From Gemmatimonas aurantiaca (GTDB taxonomy: Bacteria; Gemmatimonadota; Gemmatimonadetes; Gemmatimonadales; Gemmatimonadaceae), in NCBI RefSeq assembly GCF_037190085.1, contig NZ_JBBCJO010000015.1:3480-67479 (forward strand): 64,000 nt of DNA. The letters run 5' to 3'. Below are positions 1 to 10,500 of this stretch, in pieces. The notes under the pieces are model-generated. The model searched no databases. It worked only from the letters and a program-made list of their open reading frames with translations, and had not been told where the DNA came from. Made by a program: the position numbers and the translations under genes. Numbering within the stretch: the stretch's first letter is position 1; each line of letters opens with the position of its first letter.

Positions 1-2259
1 GGCGCGGCCACGAGCGCCCTGGCCGATATCCCGCTCGACAATATCGAACGCATCGAACACATCCCCGGTGGCGCGGCCACGACGCTGTATGGATCGGATG
101 CCGCCAATGGCGTCATTCAGATCTTCACGCGCCGTGGTGTGGCGGGACCGACACGGGCCAGCCTGGAAGTCGAGTCGGGCGTGGAAACGCCGCAGACCCA
201 GTTCCAGCACTTTCATCGCACGCGGGACCTGCTCTACCGCAACGGGGTGACGCAGAAATACAGCGGCAGCGTGGAAGGCGGCGTGGGTGGCTTCACCTAC
301 AGCATCTCCGGCAGTGCGCGCGCCGCGCAGAGCCATCGCGTGGAAGGGGACAACAATGCGCTCGCGTTCCGTTCCGGCCTCGGGGCCGATATGGGACGCC
401 GCGGACGCTACACCGGCTCCCTGTCGTACAATCAGGACGCCTATCCGCGGTTCCGGAACGGCAATTCCGGTGGCTACAACACCCTCTGGTTCATCGAAGG
501 CGGTCGCTCCAACGCGTTCGGTTTCAATCCCGATATCGACATGCTGGGTGATTCGGCCTGGCAGGCGCTCAAGCGCTTCGTCTCCCGCGCCGAAGCCCTG
601 CAGGACAACTCGGTGCGCGTGCGGCGCTTCACCACGTCGCATGGGTTCACCATCGAGCCGCTGACGGGTCTCTCGGTGAAAGCCAACGTGGGTATCGATC
701 AGCGTCTGACGCACGAGCGTGCGATCACGACCAACGAATTCCTCATTCACACCAAGCAGTATCCGGCCGGCACGTCCGATCGTGGCAGCATTCAGAACTA
801 CGACCGCACCTATCAGGGCCTGACGGGCGAACTGACGGCGCAGCATCGCTACACACACGGCGCGGTGTCTATCGTGTCCGCCCTCGGCGGTCAGCTCTTC
901 CGCAATGACGACGAGCAGGTGGCTTATACCGCGACGAACGTGCGCGACGGTGCACAGACCATCACCGGCGCCGGCACCACCACCGGAGCCGATGCCACGT
1001 TCCGGGTGGCCAACTACGGCCTGTACGGACAGACCAATATCGGCCTGCGCGATCGGTACTTCCTCGAGCTGGGACTGCGTGCCGACCAGAACACCGCCTT
1101 CGGCTCCACCGTCGGTGCGCAGTACTACCCCAAGGTGGGACTCGTGTACGAAGTCACGCAGGAATCGTGGATGCGCGATCTCGTCGGCGAACGCTGGCTT
1201 CCCAAGTTCCGTCTGCGCGGCAACTACGGCGTGGCCGGCAACTTCCCGCGTCCGTTCGCCAACGACCAGACGATCAACTTCTCCTCGTTGGGTGGTGCAC
1301 TGGCGGCCACGTTCGGCCAGCCGGGCGATCCCAATCTGCGGCCCGAACGCACCAGCACCTTCGAAGGCGGTTTCGATGCCAGCCTGCTGGCCGATCGCGC
1401 AACGGTGAGCCTCACCGTCTACAAGGCCCGCACCAGGGACGCGCTCCTCAACGCGCCGTCGGCCCCATCCACCGGCCAGACCACGCAGCTGCGCAATGTC
1501 GGGGAAATCGAGAACCGCGGCATCGAACTCCGTTCGTCCATCGTGCCCTGGTCGAGCCCCGCGGGACGCCTCACGCTCACCGGCTCGGTGAACACGCTCA
1601 AGAACAAGATGGTCAGCACCGGCAACACGCCGGTGTTCAACCTCGGTGGCCTGAGCGAACGCACCATCCAGGCAGTGGTCGAAGCCGGTCAGCCGGTGGG
1701 ATATCTGCGCGGATCGAAAGCCACGTTCAATCCCGACGGAACGCTGCAGAAAGTCGAGCTGCTGCAGTATCTCGGCAAACCGCACCCCGACACCTTCGGC
1801 TCGATGTCGGCGCAGCTCCGGCTCGGCAGCCGCTTCACCGTCAATGTTGATGGTGACTACCAGTTCGGCGCCTCGTCGCATTCGTTCGATCGTCACTTCC
1901 GGTTCCAGTATGGCCTGCCGGAAACCATCGTGCCCGCCGCGGCCGTCAAGGCTGCCGGTGGACCGACCGGCATCTGGCTCGACGTCTTCAATCTCTTCGT
2001 CGAGAAGACCGACTACGTGAAGCTGCGCAATCTGTCGGTCGAGTACCGACTGCCGGAACGTCTCGTGCCCCGTGGTGCGAGCTCCGCGCGCATCAGCTTC
2101 GCGGCCAACAACCTGCTGACCTGGGCCACCTCCAGCTTCGACCCCGAAGTGGACCTCTCCGGTGCCATTGGCCAGGGCGCGGCCGCCGTGGGCGGCTTCA
2201 ACTACTCCACCGATTCCGCCGCACGCAGCTTCCTGCTGTCGATCGGCCTGGGCTTCTGA
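1..2259 (+). CDS. SusC/RagA-like TonB-dependent outer-membrane receptor (N-terminus cut by window edge)
   Basis: Frame 1 is open from nt 1. The first residues (..DNIERIEHIPGGAATTLYGSDAANGVIQIFTRRG) match the TonB-receptor plug motif. The body is long and beta-barrel-like, and the protein ends ..SIGLGF with a terminal aromatic. A SusD-like lipoprotein gene starts 2 nt downstream. Confidence 0.85.
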   Translation, partial: GAATSALADIPLDNIERIEHIPGGAATTLYGSDAANGVIQIFTRRGVAGPTRASLEVESGVETPQTQFQHFHRTRDLLYRNGVTQKYSGSVEGGVGGFTYSISGSARAAQSHRVEGDNNALAFRSGLGADMGRRGRYTGSLSYNQDAYPRFRNGNSGGYNTLWFIEGGRSNAFGFNPDIDMLGDSAWQALKRFVSRAEALQDNSVRVRRFTTSHGFTIEPLTGLSVKANVGIDQRLTHERAITTNEFLIHTKQYPAGTSDRGSIQNYDRTYQGLTGELTAQHRYTHGAVSIVSALGGQLFRNDDEQVAYTATNVRDGAQTITGAGTTTGADATFRVANYGLYGQTNIGLRDRYFLELGLRADQNTAFGSTVGAQYYPKVGLVYEVTQESWMRDLVGERWLPKFRLRGNYGVAGNFPRPFANDQTINFSSLGGALAATFGQPGDPNLRPERTSTFEGGFDASLLADRATVSLTVYKARTRDALLNAPSAPSTGQTTQLRNVGEIENRGIELRSSIVPWSSPAGRLTLTGSVNTLKNKMVSTGNTPVFNLGGLSERTIQAVVEAGQPVGYLRGSKATFNPDGTLQKVELLQYLGKPHPDTFGSMSAQLRLGSRFTVNVDGDYQFGASSHSFDRHFRFQYGLPETIVPAAAVKAAGGPTGIWLDVFNLFVEKTDYVKLRNLSVEYRLPERLVPRGASSARISFAANNLLTWATSSFDPEVDLSGAIGQGAAAVGGFNYSTDSAARSFLLSIGLGF

Positions 2260-2260
2260 C

Positions 2261-3778
2261 ATGACCCGACGTACCGCCATGACCCCCGGATCCCGTTACC
2301 TGACACCGCGACCGACGCCACACGTGATGCGCTGCCTGATGCGCCACCTGATGCACGGAGCGATCGTCGCCACGGCGCTCTTCTCCACCGCGTGTGACCA
2401 GTTCAGTCCCACCGAAGTGCGGAACCCCAACGTCACCAACAGCGCGTTCCTGCGCACGCCGGATGCTTCCAGGCTCTGGGTGAAGGGTGTGGAACGCACC
2501 TTCCTGCAGACGCTCAACACGTTGCTGGTGAACACCGAGATCGTATCGGACAACTACTTCAACAACTACACCACGCAGAGCAAGGTTTTCGATCAGCCGC
2601 GTATCGACAACCAGGACCTCGACGTGCGTTCGATGTTCACCGACATCGCCCGTCTGCGTGAGAGTGCCACCTACGGCATCGAGGTGGTCCTTCCCGCGGA
2701 CACCGTCGCCCGCGTACGCAACGAAGCCGATCTGCTCTTCTATCGCGCCATGGGGTCGATCTTCGTCGGTGAATACTTCACGGGTATGCCGGCCACGGCG
2801 CTCGGGCCGATCGTCGATGCGGCGGGTCACCTGCGCCTGGCCATCGACGATCTCAAGCGGGCACGGACCCTGTACACCGATGCGGCGCTCCGGAACGCCT
2901 GCACGGCGGCATTGGCCCGCGCGTACTATCGTCTTGGCGATCGCGCCAACGCCACGACCGAAGCGACCGCCCTGCTGGCGGCCTCGCCCCAGTTCCTGCG
3001 CAACGCCACCTTCGACGGCGTCACGGGGCCGTCCAACAGCTTCCAGGGGCTGATCACGAGCGCCACCAACAACTATCAGCCACTGCCCCGTCTCGACTTC
3101 CTCGATCCGAAGTATCCCAATCGTGGGGCACAGGTACAGAGCCCGCTCGCGCTGCTCAAGGCCGAGGAGGCCCACGCCATTCTCGCGGAAGCGGCACTGG
3201 CCACCAGCGATCTGACCACGGCGCGCACCCGTCTCAAGGGACTGCTCACGCTGGTGCAGCAGCGCCCCACGGAGCTGGTCGACTCCCGCAATCAGAACCG
3301 CGGACGTTCCGGCGGCATCGTGATCTATCCCGACAGCACGGACTATCGTGTGGCGTTTGCGCCCGGGGCGCCATTCCAGACAGGATTCGTCCTGTATCGC
3401 AAAGGAGCGACCGTGCGTGTCCCGACGGTCTCCGGCACCTCCGTCACCGCGGAGCGCATCGACCAGATCGACAGCGTCGCCGATGGGTACTACGTACTCT
3501 ATCTGATGCGCCAGGAGATCTTCCTCGCCGAGGGGCGTCGGTCCACGGACATCGGCCTGCGCTTCCCGGTGCCGTTCGCCGAGGCTCAGGTGAACACGAA
3601 TCTCGACATGAGCGCACCGTACATGACGGCGGTCGTGCCGGCCTTCTTGCCGACCAACCTCGGCATGGACAGCTTCATCATGAACACCACGGCCCGGACC
3701 GTCGAAATCCGGAACGACGTCAACGCCATTCTGGTGGCCAACCGGACGTCGCCGCTCATCATGCCGTTCAAGAACTGA
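2261..3778 (+). CDS. SusD/RagB-like outer-membrane lipoprotein (start uncertain; a later ATG before ..ATALFSTAC is possible)
   Basis: It lies immediately downstream of the SusC-like gene. The N-terminus has a hydrophobic stretch ending in Cys (ALFSTAC, lipobox-like). The protein is about 500 aa and helical and Ala/Leu-rich, typical of SusD-family partners. There is no diagnostic catalytic motif, so the call rests on context and architecture. Confidence 0.65.
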   Translation: MTRRTAMTPGSRYLTPRPTPHVMRCLMRHLMHGAIVATALFSTACDQFSPTEVRNPNVTNSAFLRTPDASRLWVKGVERTFLQTLNTLLVNTEIVSDNYFNNYTTQSKVFDQPRIDNQDLDVRSMFTDIARLRESATYGIEVVLPADTVARVRNEADLLFYRAMGSIFVGEYFTGMPATALGPIVDAAGHLRLAIDDLKRARTLYTDAALRNACTAALARAYYRLGDRANATTEATALLAASPQFLRNATFDGVTGPSNSFQGLITSATNNYQPLPRLDFLDPKYPNRGAQVQSPLALLKAEEAHAILAEAALATSDLTTARTRLKGLLTLVQQRPTELVDSRNQNRGRSGGIVIYPDSTDYRVAFAPGAPFQTGFVLYRKGATVRVPTVSGTSVTAERIDQIDSVADGYYVLYLMRQEIFLAEGRRSTDIGLRFPVPFAEAQVNTNLDMSAPYMTAVVPAFLPTNLGMDSFIMNTTARTVEIRNDVNAILVANRTSPLIMPFKN

Positions 3779-3807
3779 TCCTCGTTTCCTTCCATCAGGC
3801 TCTGCGC

Positions 3808-5436
3808 ATGACCGACCCTTCAATTTCCCGCCGGCTTTTCCTGGGTACCACGATCGCTTCGGGCGCCGCACTCTGGCGACCACCCGGGGGCATTGCCTCG
3901 CCCACGGGCGAGAGTGCGCTGAGCCGATGGCTGGGGGGAGCGCCGGGCATCATCACCTCGGAACGCCTGCGGCCGGTGACGGTGGGTGGCGTGCAGACGG
4001 GCGACGTCCTGCCCGACCGCGCCATCATCTGGAGTCGCACCGATCGGCCGGCGCAGTGCCTGGTGGAGTGGTCCACATCCGACAAGTTCACCAATGTCCG
4101 GCGCGTGCGGGGTGGTATGACCAGCCCCGACTCGGCGTTCACCTCGCACGTGGATCTGTCGGGGCTTCCGGCCGACCAGCACATCTTCTATCGCGTGCGC
4201 TACGAAAGCGACGATGCGCCGGGTGCATTCAGTGAGCCGCTGGTGGGTCAGTTCCGCACACCGCCCCGCATCGGTGCCCGCGCACAGCGTCCCATACGGG
4301 TCATCTGGTCGGGCGACATGGTGGGCCAGGGATGGGGCATCGACGAATCGCGCGGTGGACTGCGCATCTACGATGCACTCCGGCGGGCCGAACCCGATGT
4401 GTTCATTCATTCGGGTGACAACATCTACGCCGATCAACCGCTGCTGCCGGAAGTGAAGCTCGACGACGGTACCGTCTGGCGCAATCTGGTGACCGAGGAG
4501 AAGTCGAAGGTGGCGGAAACGCTCGACGAATTCCGCGGCGCCTTCGCCTACAATCTGCTCGATCCGCATGCACGGCAGTTCGGTGCCAGTGTGCCCATCG
4601 TCGCGCAGTGGGACGATCACGAGGTGTGTGACAACTGGTTCCATGATCTCGTGCTGCAGAACGATCCCCGGTTCACGGAGAAACGGGTGCGGGTGCTCGC
4701 GGAGCGGGCCAAACAGGCGCTCTTCGAGTTTCTGCCCATTCGTCGGAACCCCGACGAGCGCGACCGGATCTACCGTTCGTTCTCCTACGGACCGCTCGTC
4801 GAGATCTTCGTCATCGACCTGCGCAGTTATCGCGGCGCCAACTCCCCCAACAAGCAGACTGAGCTGACGCCCGAGTCGTCCATTCTGGGCGCCGACCAAC
4901 TGGCCTGGCTGGAGAAGAGTCTCAAGGCCAGTCGCGCGACCTGGAAGATCATCGCCTGCGACATGCCCATCGGCCTCATCGTGCCAGACCGCATACGGAA
5001 CGGTGAACGCAACTACGAAGCGGTGGCCAACGGCGACCATGGCGCACCGCTGGGCCGCGAACTCGAGATCGCGAAACTTCTGCGGTCGCTCAAACAGGCG
5101 AATGTACGCAACACCGTCTGGGTGACGGCCGACGTGCATTACGCCGCCGCGCATCACTACTCACCGGAGCGCGCGCAGTTCACCGAGTTCAACCCGTTCT
5201 GGGAATTGGTGGCGGGTCCGATGCACGCGGGCACGTTCGGTCCGAATCTGCTCGACAACACCTTCGGTCCCGAAGTGCGTTTCGCGAGCCCGGCCCCCAA
5301 GCCCAATCGTCCGCCCAGCGACAACATGCAGTTCTACGGCACGCTCGATGTCGATCCCCGTACACGCGCGCTCACGGCCGGACTGTGGGATGTGACCGGC
5401 AAGCGCCTGTGGAGCGTGGAGATGCCGGCGGAATAG
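3808..5436 (+). CDS. phoD: PhoD-family alkaline phosphatase/phosphodiesterase, Tat-exported
   Basis: Twin-arginine signal SRRLFLGTTIASGAAL. Metallophosphatase/PhoD motifs are present: VIWSGDMVGQGWG, IHSGDNIYAD, AQWDDHEV and TADVHYAAAHHY. Confidence 0.85.
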   Translation: MTDPSISRRLFLGTTIASGAALWRPPGGIASPTGESALSRWLGGAPGIITSERLRPVTVGGVQTGDVLPDRAIIWSRTDRPAQCLVEWSTSDKFTNVRRVRGGMTSPDSAFTSHVDLSGLPADQHIFYRVRYESDDAPGAFSEPLVGQFRTPPRIGARAQRPIRVIWSGDMVGQGWGIDESRGGLRIYDALRRAEPDVFIHSGDNIYADQPLLPEVKLDDGTVWRNLVTEEKSKVAETLDEFRGAFAYNLLDPHARQFGASVPIVAQWDDHEVCDNWFHDLVLQNDPRFTEKRVRVLAERAKQALFEFLPIRRNPDERDRIYRSFSYGPLVEIFVIDLRSYRGANSPNKQTELTPESSILGADQLAWLEKSLKASRATWKIIACDMPIGLIVPDRIRNGERNYEAVANGDHGAPLGRELEIAKLLRSLKQANVRNTVWVTADVHYAAAHHYSPERAQFTEFNPFWELVAGPMHAGTFGPNLLDNTFGPEVRFASPAPKPNRPPSDNMQFYGTLDVDPRTRALTAGLWDVTGKRLWSVEMPAE

Positions 5437-5464
5437 CGAAGACAGCAACAACAAGAACTGCTCT

Positions 5465-5582
5465 GCCACGGATTGCGCGGATGGGGCGGAAATTGCACGG
5501 ATCAACAACGAGATGTTTTTTCGTAGTTATCCGTGCTGTTTCCGCCCCATCCGCGCAATCCGTGGCGAAGCTGTTTTTTTTT
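5465..5582 (+). terminator. Very long hairpin followed by a T9 run; intrinsic terminator between convergent phoD and recD
   Basis: Positions 5465-5502 pair with 5529-5566 at 36 of 38 positions, including a perfect 28-bp block (5465-5492 with 5539-5566). A further 6 of 7 positions pair inside the loop (5504-5510 with 5522-5528). The run TTTTTTTTT lies at 5574-5582. Confidence 0.8.
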
Positions 5583-5595
5583 GTCGTTGTTCCCG

Positions 5596-7500
5596 CTACC
5601 TCCGCAAGCGCTGCACCAGCCCCGACGCCCGCGCCACCGATCGTTCGATCGCGGCAACCAGAACGCGCCGGTCCCCGAACAACGTGACGGAACGGCGGGC
5701 GCGGGTCACCCCGGTATAGACGAGTTCACGGGTCAGCACCCGGCTGTCGACATCCGGAAGCACGAGCAGCACATGATCGAACTCCGATCCCTGCGACTTG
5801 TGCACCGTCATCGCCCAGGCCGTTTCGTGCATCGGCAGCTGCGACGGCGAGAGCGAACGCACCCCACCCTCCGGCGTGGGGAAATGCACCATCGGTACCC
5901 CGCCCACCGCCAGCACCACTCCGACATCGCCGTTGTAGAGCTGCGTGGACGGATCATTGGCGGTGATCAGGATGGGGCGATGATCGTACCATCCCGCCAC
6001 GAAACGTCCCTGTCGCTGCAGCCAGCTTTCGATCAGGGTGTTGAGCCCGGCCACGCCGCTCGGACCTTCCCGTAACGCGGCAAGAATGCGGAACTGGGCA
6101 AGCGCCCCGAGAGCGTCGTCGGGCGTGATGGCCGAAAGAAAACGTTCGATCTGCGATTGCACGGGTGCCAGCAGCACCGCTGCCGTGCCAGGCAGATCGC
6201 GCAGCGCCACGTCATCACACGCGGGGTCATCGAGCACTCCGAGCACCTCGTCGCTGCGCCCGAGCCGCGTGCATTCCGCCAGACGTCCGATGCCCACCTG
6301 TCGTCCGAAACGCCAGGACACCTGCAATCGGATCACCACATCCTGCAGCGGCAGGGGATGGTCTTCATGTACCAGCGCCGGAGCATGCACACCGGACAGT
6401 GTCGCGTACGCCTGTATGAGATCGGCCGAATAGCGAACGGCGCCCGCCCGTCCATCGCCTTGCGCGGCCCTGGTGACATCCCCCAGCACGAATCCCGTAT
6501 CGACACTGGCCAACTGATCGGGATCGCCCAGCACGAGCACACGCGCGGATGGTTTGAGAGCCGCAAACAGCGCGTCCATCATGAGCACGTCCACCATGCT
6601 CGCTTCATCGACGACCACCACGTCCTCGGCGAGCGGACGATCGGCGTGAAAGCGGAATCGTTGCGTGGCCGGATGATAGCCAAGCAGACGATGCAACGTG
6701 CGTCCTCCGGTCGCCGCCGCAATCTGCGTGAGCTCATGAAGACCATCGCGCACAGCCGCCGCACCAATCGCTTCCGACAGCCGCGCCGCGGCACGTCCGG
6801 TGGGTGCGGCCAGTGCGATCGTCAGCCCCGGATCCCGGTCGAGCAGCAGCGCCAGCAGCCGAGCGGCCACGGTGGTTTTCCCGGTACCGGGCCCTCCGGT
6901 GATGAACACCAGCGGTGACCGAAGCGCAGCCACGGCCGCCAGTGCCTGCCAATCCACCGTCGCTGCGTCACAGGCCGATGGAAAGAGTGCGCGGAACCGC
7001 GCCGTCGATACGGTTGGATCGATCGTGACCACCGCCGCGGCGCGCCGACGGATTGCGACGGCCAGTCGTGATTCCGCCCGGTGATATCTCGACAGATACA
7101 ACCGTTCGTTTTCGAGAACGAAGAGGGAAGAGCCGTCTGTGGACGCCTCATCCGCGGCGTCGGAGGAGGCAGGGGTGCACACGCCACTGTCCAGGAGAAG
7201 CCGTTGCCATTCGGCCAGAGAGGGAAACCGCATCACACGGCCACCGAGATCGACTTCCTGCCCGGCGTACTCTCCCAGTTCCACACAACTGTTGCCATCG
7301 GCTCGCTCGGCGCTCACCAGCAGGGCCGTGCACCGCAACAGCTCCTGCTTGGTCCCATCGGTCATGCCGTGTTCGCCGGCGAGACGCACCACCAGACGCG
7401 CAAACGACCGGTCCAGAGTCGACACCACGATCTCCACCGGCACGTTTCCCGAAGCCACATCCGTACTTACACCCGTATTCATACTCGCGCCCGTGTTCAT
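5596..7500 (-). CDS. recD: Exodeoxyribonuclease V alpha subunit RecD
   Basis: Walker A GGPGTGKTT, and the SF1 helicase C-terminal motif VHKSQGSEFDHVLLVLP. The ATG at 7500-7498 overlaps the recB TGA (7499-7497) as ATGA. The part of the track ORF upstream of 7500 overlaps recB and is not used. Confidence 0.9.
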   Translation of the reverse strand: MNTGASMNTGVSTDVASGNVPVEIVVSTLDRSFARLVVRLAGEHGMTDGTKQELLRCTALLVSAERADGNSCVELGEYAGQEVDLGGRVMRFPSLAEWQRLLLDSGVCTPASSDAADEASTDGSSLFVLENERLYLSRYHRAESRLAVAIRRRAAAVVTIDPTVSTARFRALFPSACDAATVDWQALAAVAALRSPLVFITGGPGTGKTTVAARLLALLLDRDPGLTIALAAPTGRAAARLSEAIGAAAVRDGLHELTQIAAATGGRTLHRLLGYHPATQRFRFHADRPLAEDVVVVDEASMVDVLMMDALFAALKPSARVLVLGDPDQLASVDTGFVLGDVTRAAQGDGRAGAVRYSADLIQAYATLSGVHAPALVHEDHPLPLQDVVIRLQVSWRFGRQVGIGRLAECTRLGRSDEVLGVLDDPACDDVALRDLPGTAAVLLAPVQSQIERFLSAITPDDALGALAQFRILAALREGPSGVAGLNTLIESWLQRQGRFVAGWYDHRPILITANDPSTQLYNGDVGVVLAVGGVPMVHFPTPEGGVRSLSPSQLPMHETAWAMTVHKSQGSEFDHVLLVLPDVDSRVLTRELVYTGVTRARRSVTLFGDRRVLVAAIERSVARASGLVQRLRR

Positions 7501-10500
7501 GCTCCGGCCTCTGAACGACGCCCGTCGAGCACGGCATCCAGCGCGTCGATGAGGGTGACATCGGGACGGTCGACATACCATCCGCTGCCCGCAGCCACCG
7601 CCGGAGAGAACCCTCTCAGAAATGCGTAGGCGGCACCGCCCATATGCGTTTCGTATCGATATCCGGGTACACGCTGTTTCAGGAAGCGGTGCACCGCCAC
7701 CAGGTAGAGGTGGTACTGCTGGACGTTGTGATGGCCGGCCATCACCCGCTCGAGTGACGCCTCTGCATAGGAGTCGATATCGAAACCGAGCTGGTTGGAT
7801 TTCCAGTCCACCACATACCATCGTCCCTCGTGTTCGAACAACAGATCCACGAAGCCGGTGAGGAATCCATGCACACGATCGGCACCCAGGGCGCGGACCT
7901 GATCGGCGTATGCGGCGCCACGTGTACCTCCATACTGCGCGAACACGCGGGCAAGCCCCTGCCTAGTCAGTGCATGATCGGTCGATGCGAGCGGCAGCAG
8001 GAACTGCCACTCCCGCTTCGTGCGACTGGCTGGGACCTGATCGAGAGAAAACGACAGGGCGCCCACCCGGGATCGCAGCACACCGCGCATCATGCCCAGA
8101 ACGGCTTCGATGCGTGCGTTCCGTTCTTCCGCGCTCATGTCCAGCGGTTCGAGTTCTCTCCAGATCAGCGCGCGGAGTTCTTCATCCGTGGCGTCGAAGC
8201 ACGCACGCTCGAACAACGCATGCAGCACGATACCGGGCCCGGTGCCTGCCGGAAATGTGCGGAAATCGCCGGCCTCACGAACGATGGGCGCGGCTTGCGT
8301 GACGTCGGATTGATCGTCGCGGTCACGCGCGGCACCCTCGTGCGCTGCTCCCCGCATGGCTTCGTAGCTGCCAGCCGTCAGCGAAGTGAAGCTGGCAATC
8401 GAGAAGGTCGAGAAACGTTCCCGGGGCGTGGGGAACGCCGGCAATATCCGCGCGGCGGGTGTGACATCGGCGTTCCGGACTTGGGTCGGTACCCGGCCAA
8501 CGGGGCGCCAGCTGTCGACGATGTCCACCGCCATGTATGAGGCATGTGCCTCGACGAGTGAACGGAGCATGGGTTCCCAGCAATGCAGATCGTCACGCAG
8601 TGATTCGGCCACCTCCGCCGGTGATGCGTTCACGGTCTCTCCATCATACAGCAGCCAGGACAGCGCCGAGTGTTCCGAACCGTTCGGCGCACGCCCGATG
8701 GGCCCCCATCCCACATACGTGCGATACCGCGCGCGTGTCAGCGCCACATACACCAACCGGCAATCTTCCGCCAACCGCTCGCGCTCGGCTTCGGCAATCC
8801 GCGTCTCCCGCTGCGCCGAGCCGTGATCGAAGACCACGCGTTCACCTTCATGCACCAGCACCGGTGCCGACGCATCGACGCGACGGACGCTCCAGAGCGT
8901 GGGACAGAGCACGATATCGTATTCGAGTCCCTTGCTGCGATGCACCGTCACCACCTGCACCGCCTCGTCGTCGCTCTCCAGACGCAGTTCTCGGACACCC
9001 CGGGCATCGGCCTGCTCCGCGCGCGTGGATTCGAGCCAGCGCAGCAGCCCCTCCATGCCGAGTGCCTCGCTCTCGGCCGCTTCGTGCAGCAGCTCCTGCG
9101 CATGCCGGAGATTGGTGAGCCGTCGCTCGCCATCGACCTGCGCGAGCAAACGGGCCACGACCTGCCGAAGCTCGAAAAGCCGGCCGAGCAACTGCAACAC
9201 GCCCCGGGCGACCCACAGATCACGCAGAGTCACGAAATGATTGAGGATCTCCTCCCACTCGGCCTCCCCGGCCGGGGTATTCAGGCGGCGGAGATCATCG
9301 TGCCCGAACCCCCAGAGACCTGTCGTGAGCGCCGCCCGCACCCGCGCGAAGTTTCCGGGCGCGGCAATGGCTTCGAGCACGCGCTGCAGTTCCTCCATCT
9401 CACGGGAGTGCATGACGTCGCCGAGGCCCGTCAGCACTGCCGGCACACCGGCATTCGCGAGCAGGCGCACCATATCCGCCCCTTCGTGGCCGGCCCGCAC
9501 CAGTACCGCAATGCGATTGGGATTCCAGCCTTCCGCCACGTACCGCACGACAATGTCGGCACACGCCTCCAGAAGCAGCGCCCTGGCATCGCCCGCACTC
9601 GTGGGCACGGGTTTGCCGTTGCGCTCCTCCGGAGGCAGATACAGCCACTGCAATGCGTGCCTGCCCATCAACCGCGCGGGTGGTGCCGGGTGTTCGCGCG
9701 CCACGGCCGGCTGGAAACGGATCTCGTCGTCGACGAAGGGTGCCGCCCGACGCGAGAACAGCGCATTCACCGCCTGCACCATCGCGGGTGTGCTGCGATG
9801 ATTCTGTCCGAGCGTGTAGCGATGCGCGGCGGCTCTTCCCGCCGCCAGATAGGCCCGTACATCGGCACCACGAAAGCCGTAGATCGCCTGTTTCGGATCG
9901 CCGATCAGGAAAAGCGGTCGTTTCGCGAATGCGATCCGGAAGACATGAAACTGATGACTGTCCGTGTCCTGGAACTCGTCGATGAGTGCCGCCTGATACT
10001 GCCGACGGATAGCGCGCGCCAGCAGCCCGTCGCTGCCCTGCGCGGCCAGCACCGTGTGCAATTGCGCCAGCAGATCGTCGAACCCGATGACATGGCGTTC
10101 CTGCTTGACCGCACGAACCCGTGTATCAGTCGCCAGAAGACAGTCCGCTCTCAGCGACAGCTCGAGCGTGAGCAGCGCTTCGTGCAATGCACTCGCCTTT
10201 CGTGCGATGGGCCAGTCGGAGATGGCATCCGCCGCGGCCCGATTCTGCTTGCCGGCTTTGTTCGCCTTGGCGTACAGCGCGTCGGCACGCAGCATGTCGG
10301 CGATTTCCTGTGCCGCGGAGAGATCACCGGTCGTCGCGCGCACGGCCAGCCGCTCCAGGTCGTCTGGCGCTTCCGGGGCTTCAAAGACTGCGGCGAGTGG
10401 AGCCCCCTTGTTCCATTGCACCGACGCCGCGGCCGCACGCAGGGCGTCGAGGGACCATACCGCGGCAAACGCGTCGAGGGCGCGCCGCACCGCAGCCTGC

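Noticed and set aside
5443-5590. Integron attC site interpretation of the long hairpin.
   Set aside because: The flanks do not fit the RYYYAAC / GTTRRRY core sites. The stem is nearly perfect, lacking the characteristic extrahelical bases. No integrase is nearby.
7501-7821. N-terminal extension of the recD track ORF (741 aa versus 635 aa).
   Set aside because: The extension overlaps the recB coding end and is Arg-rich nonsense. The ATG at 7500 forms an ATGA junction with the recB stop.
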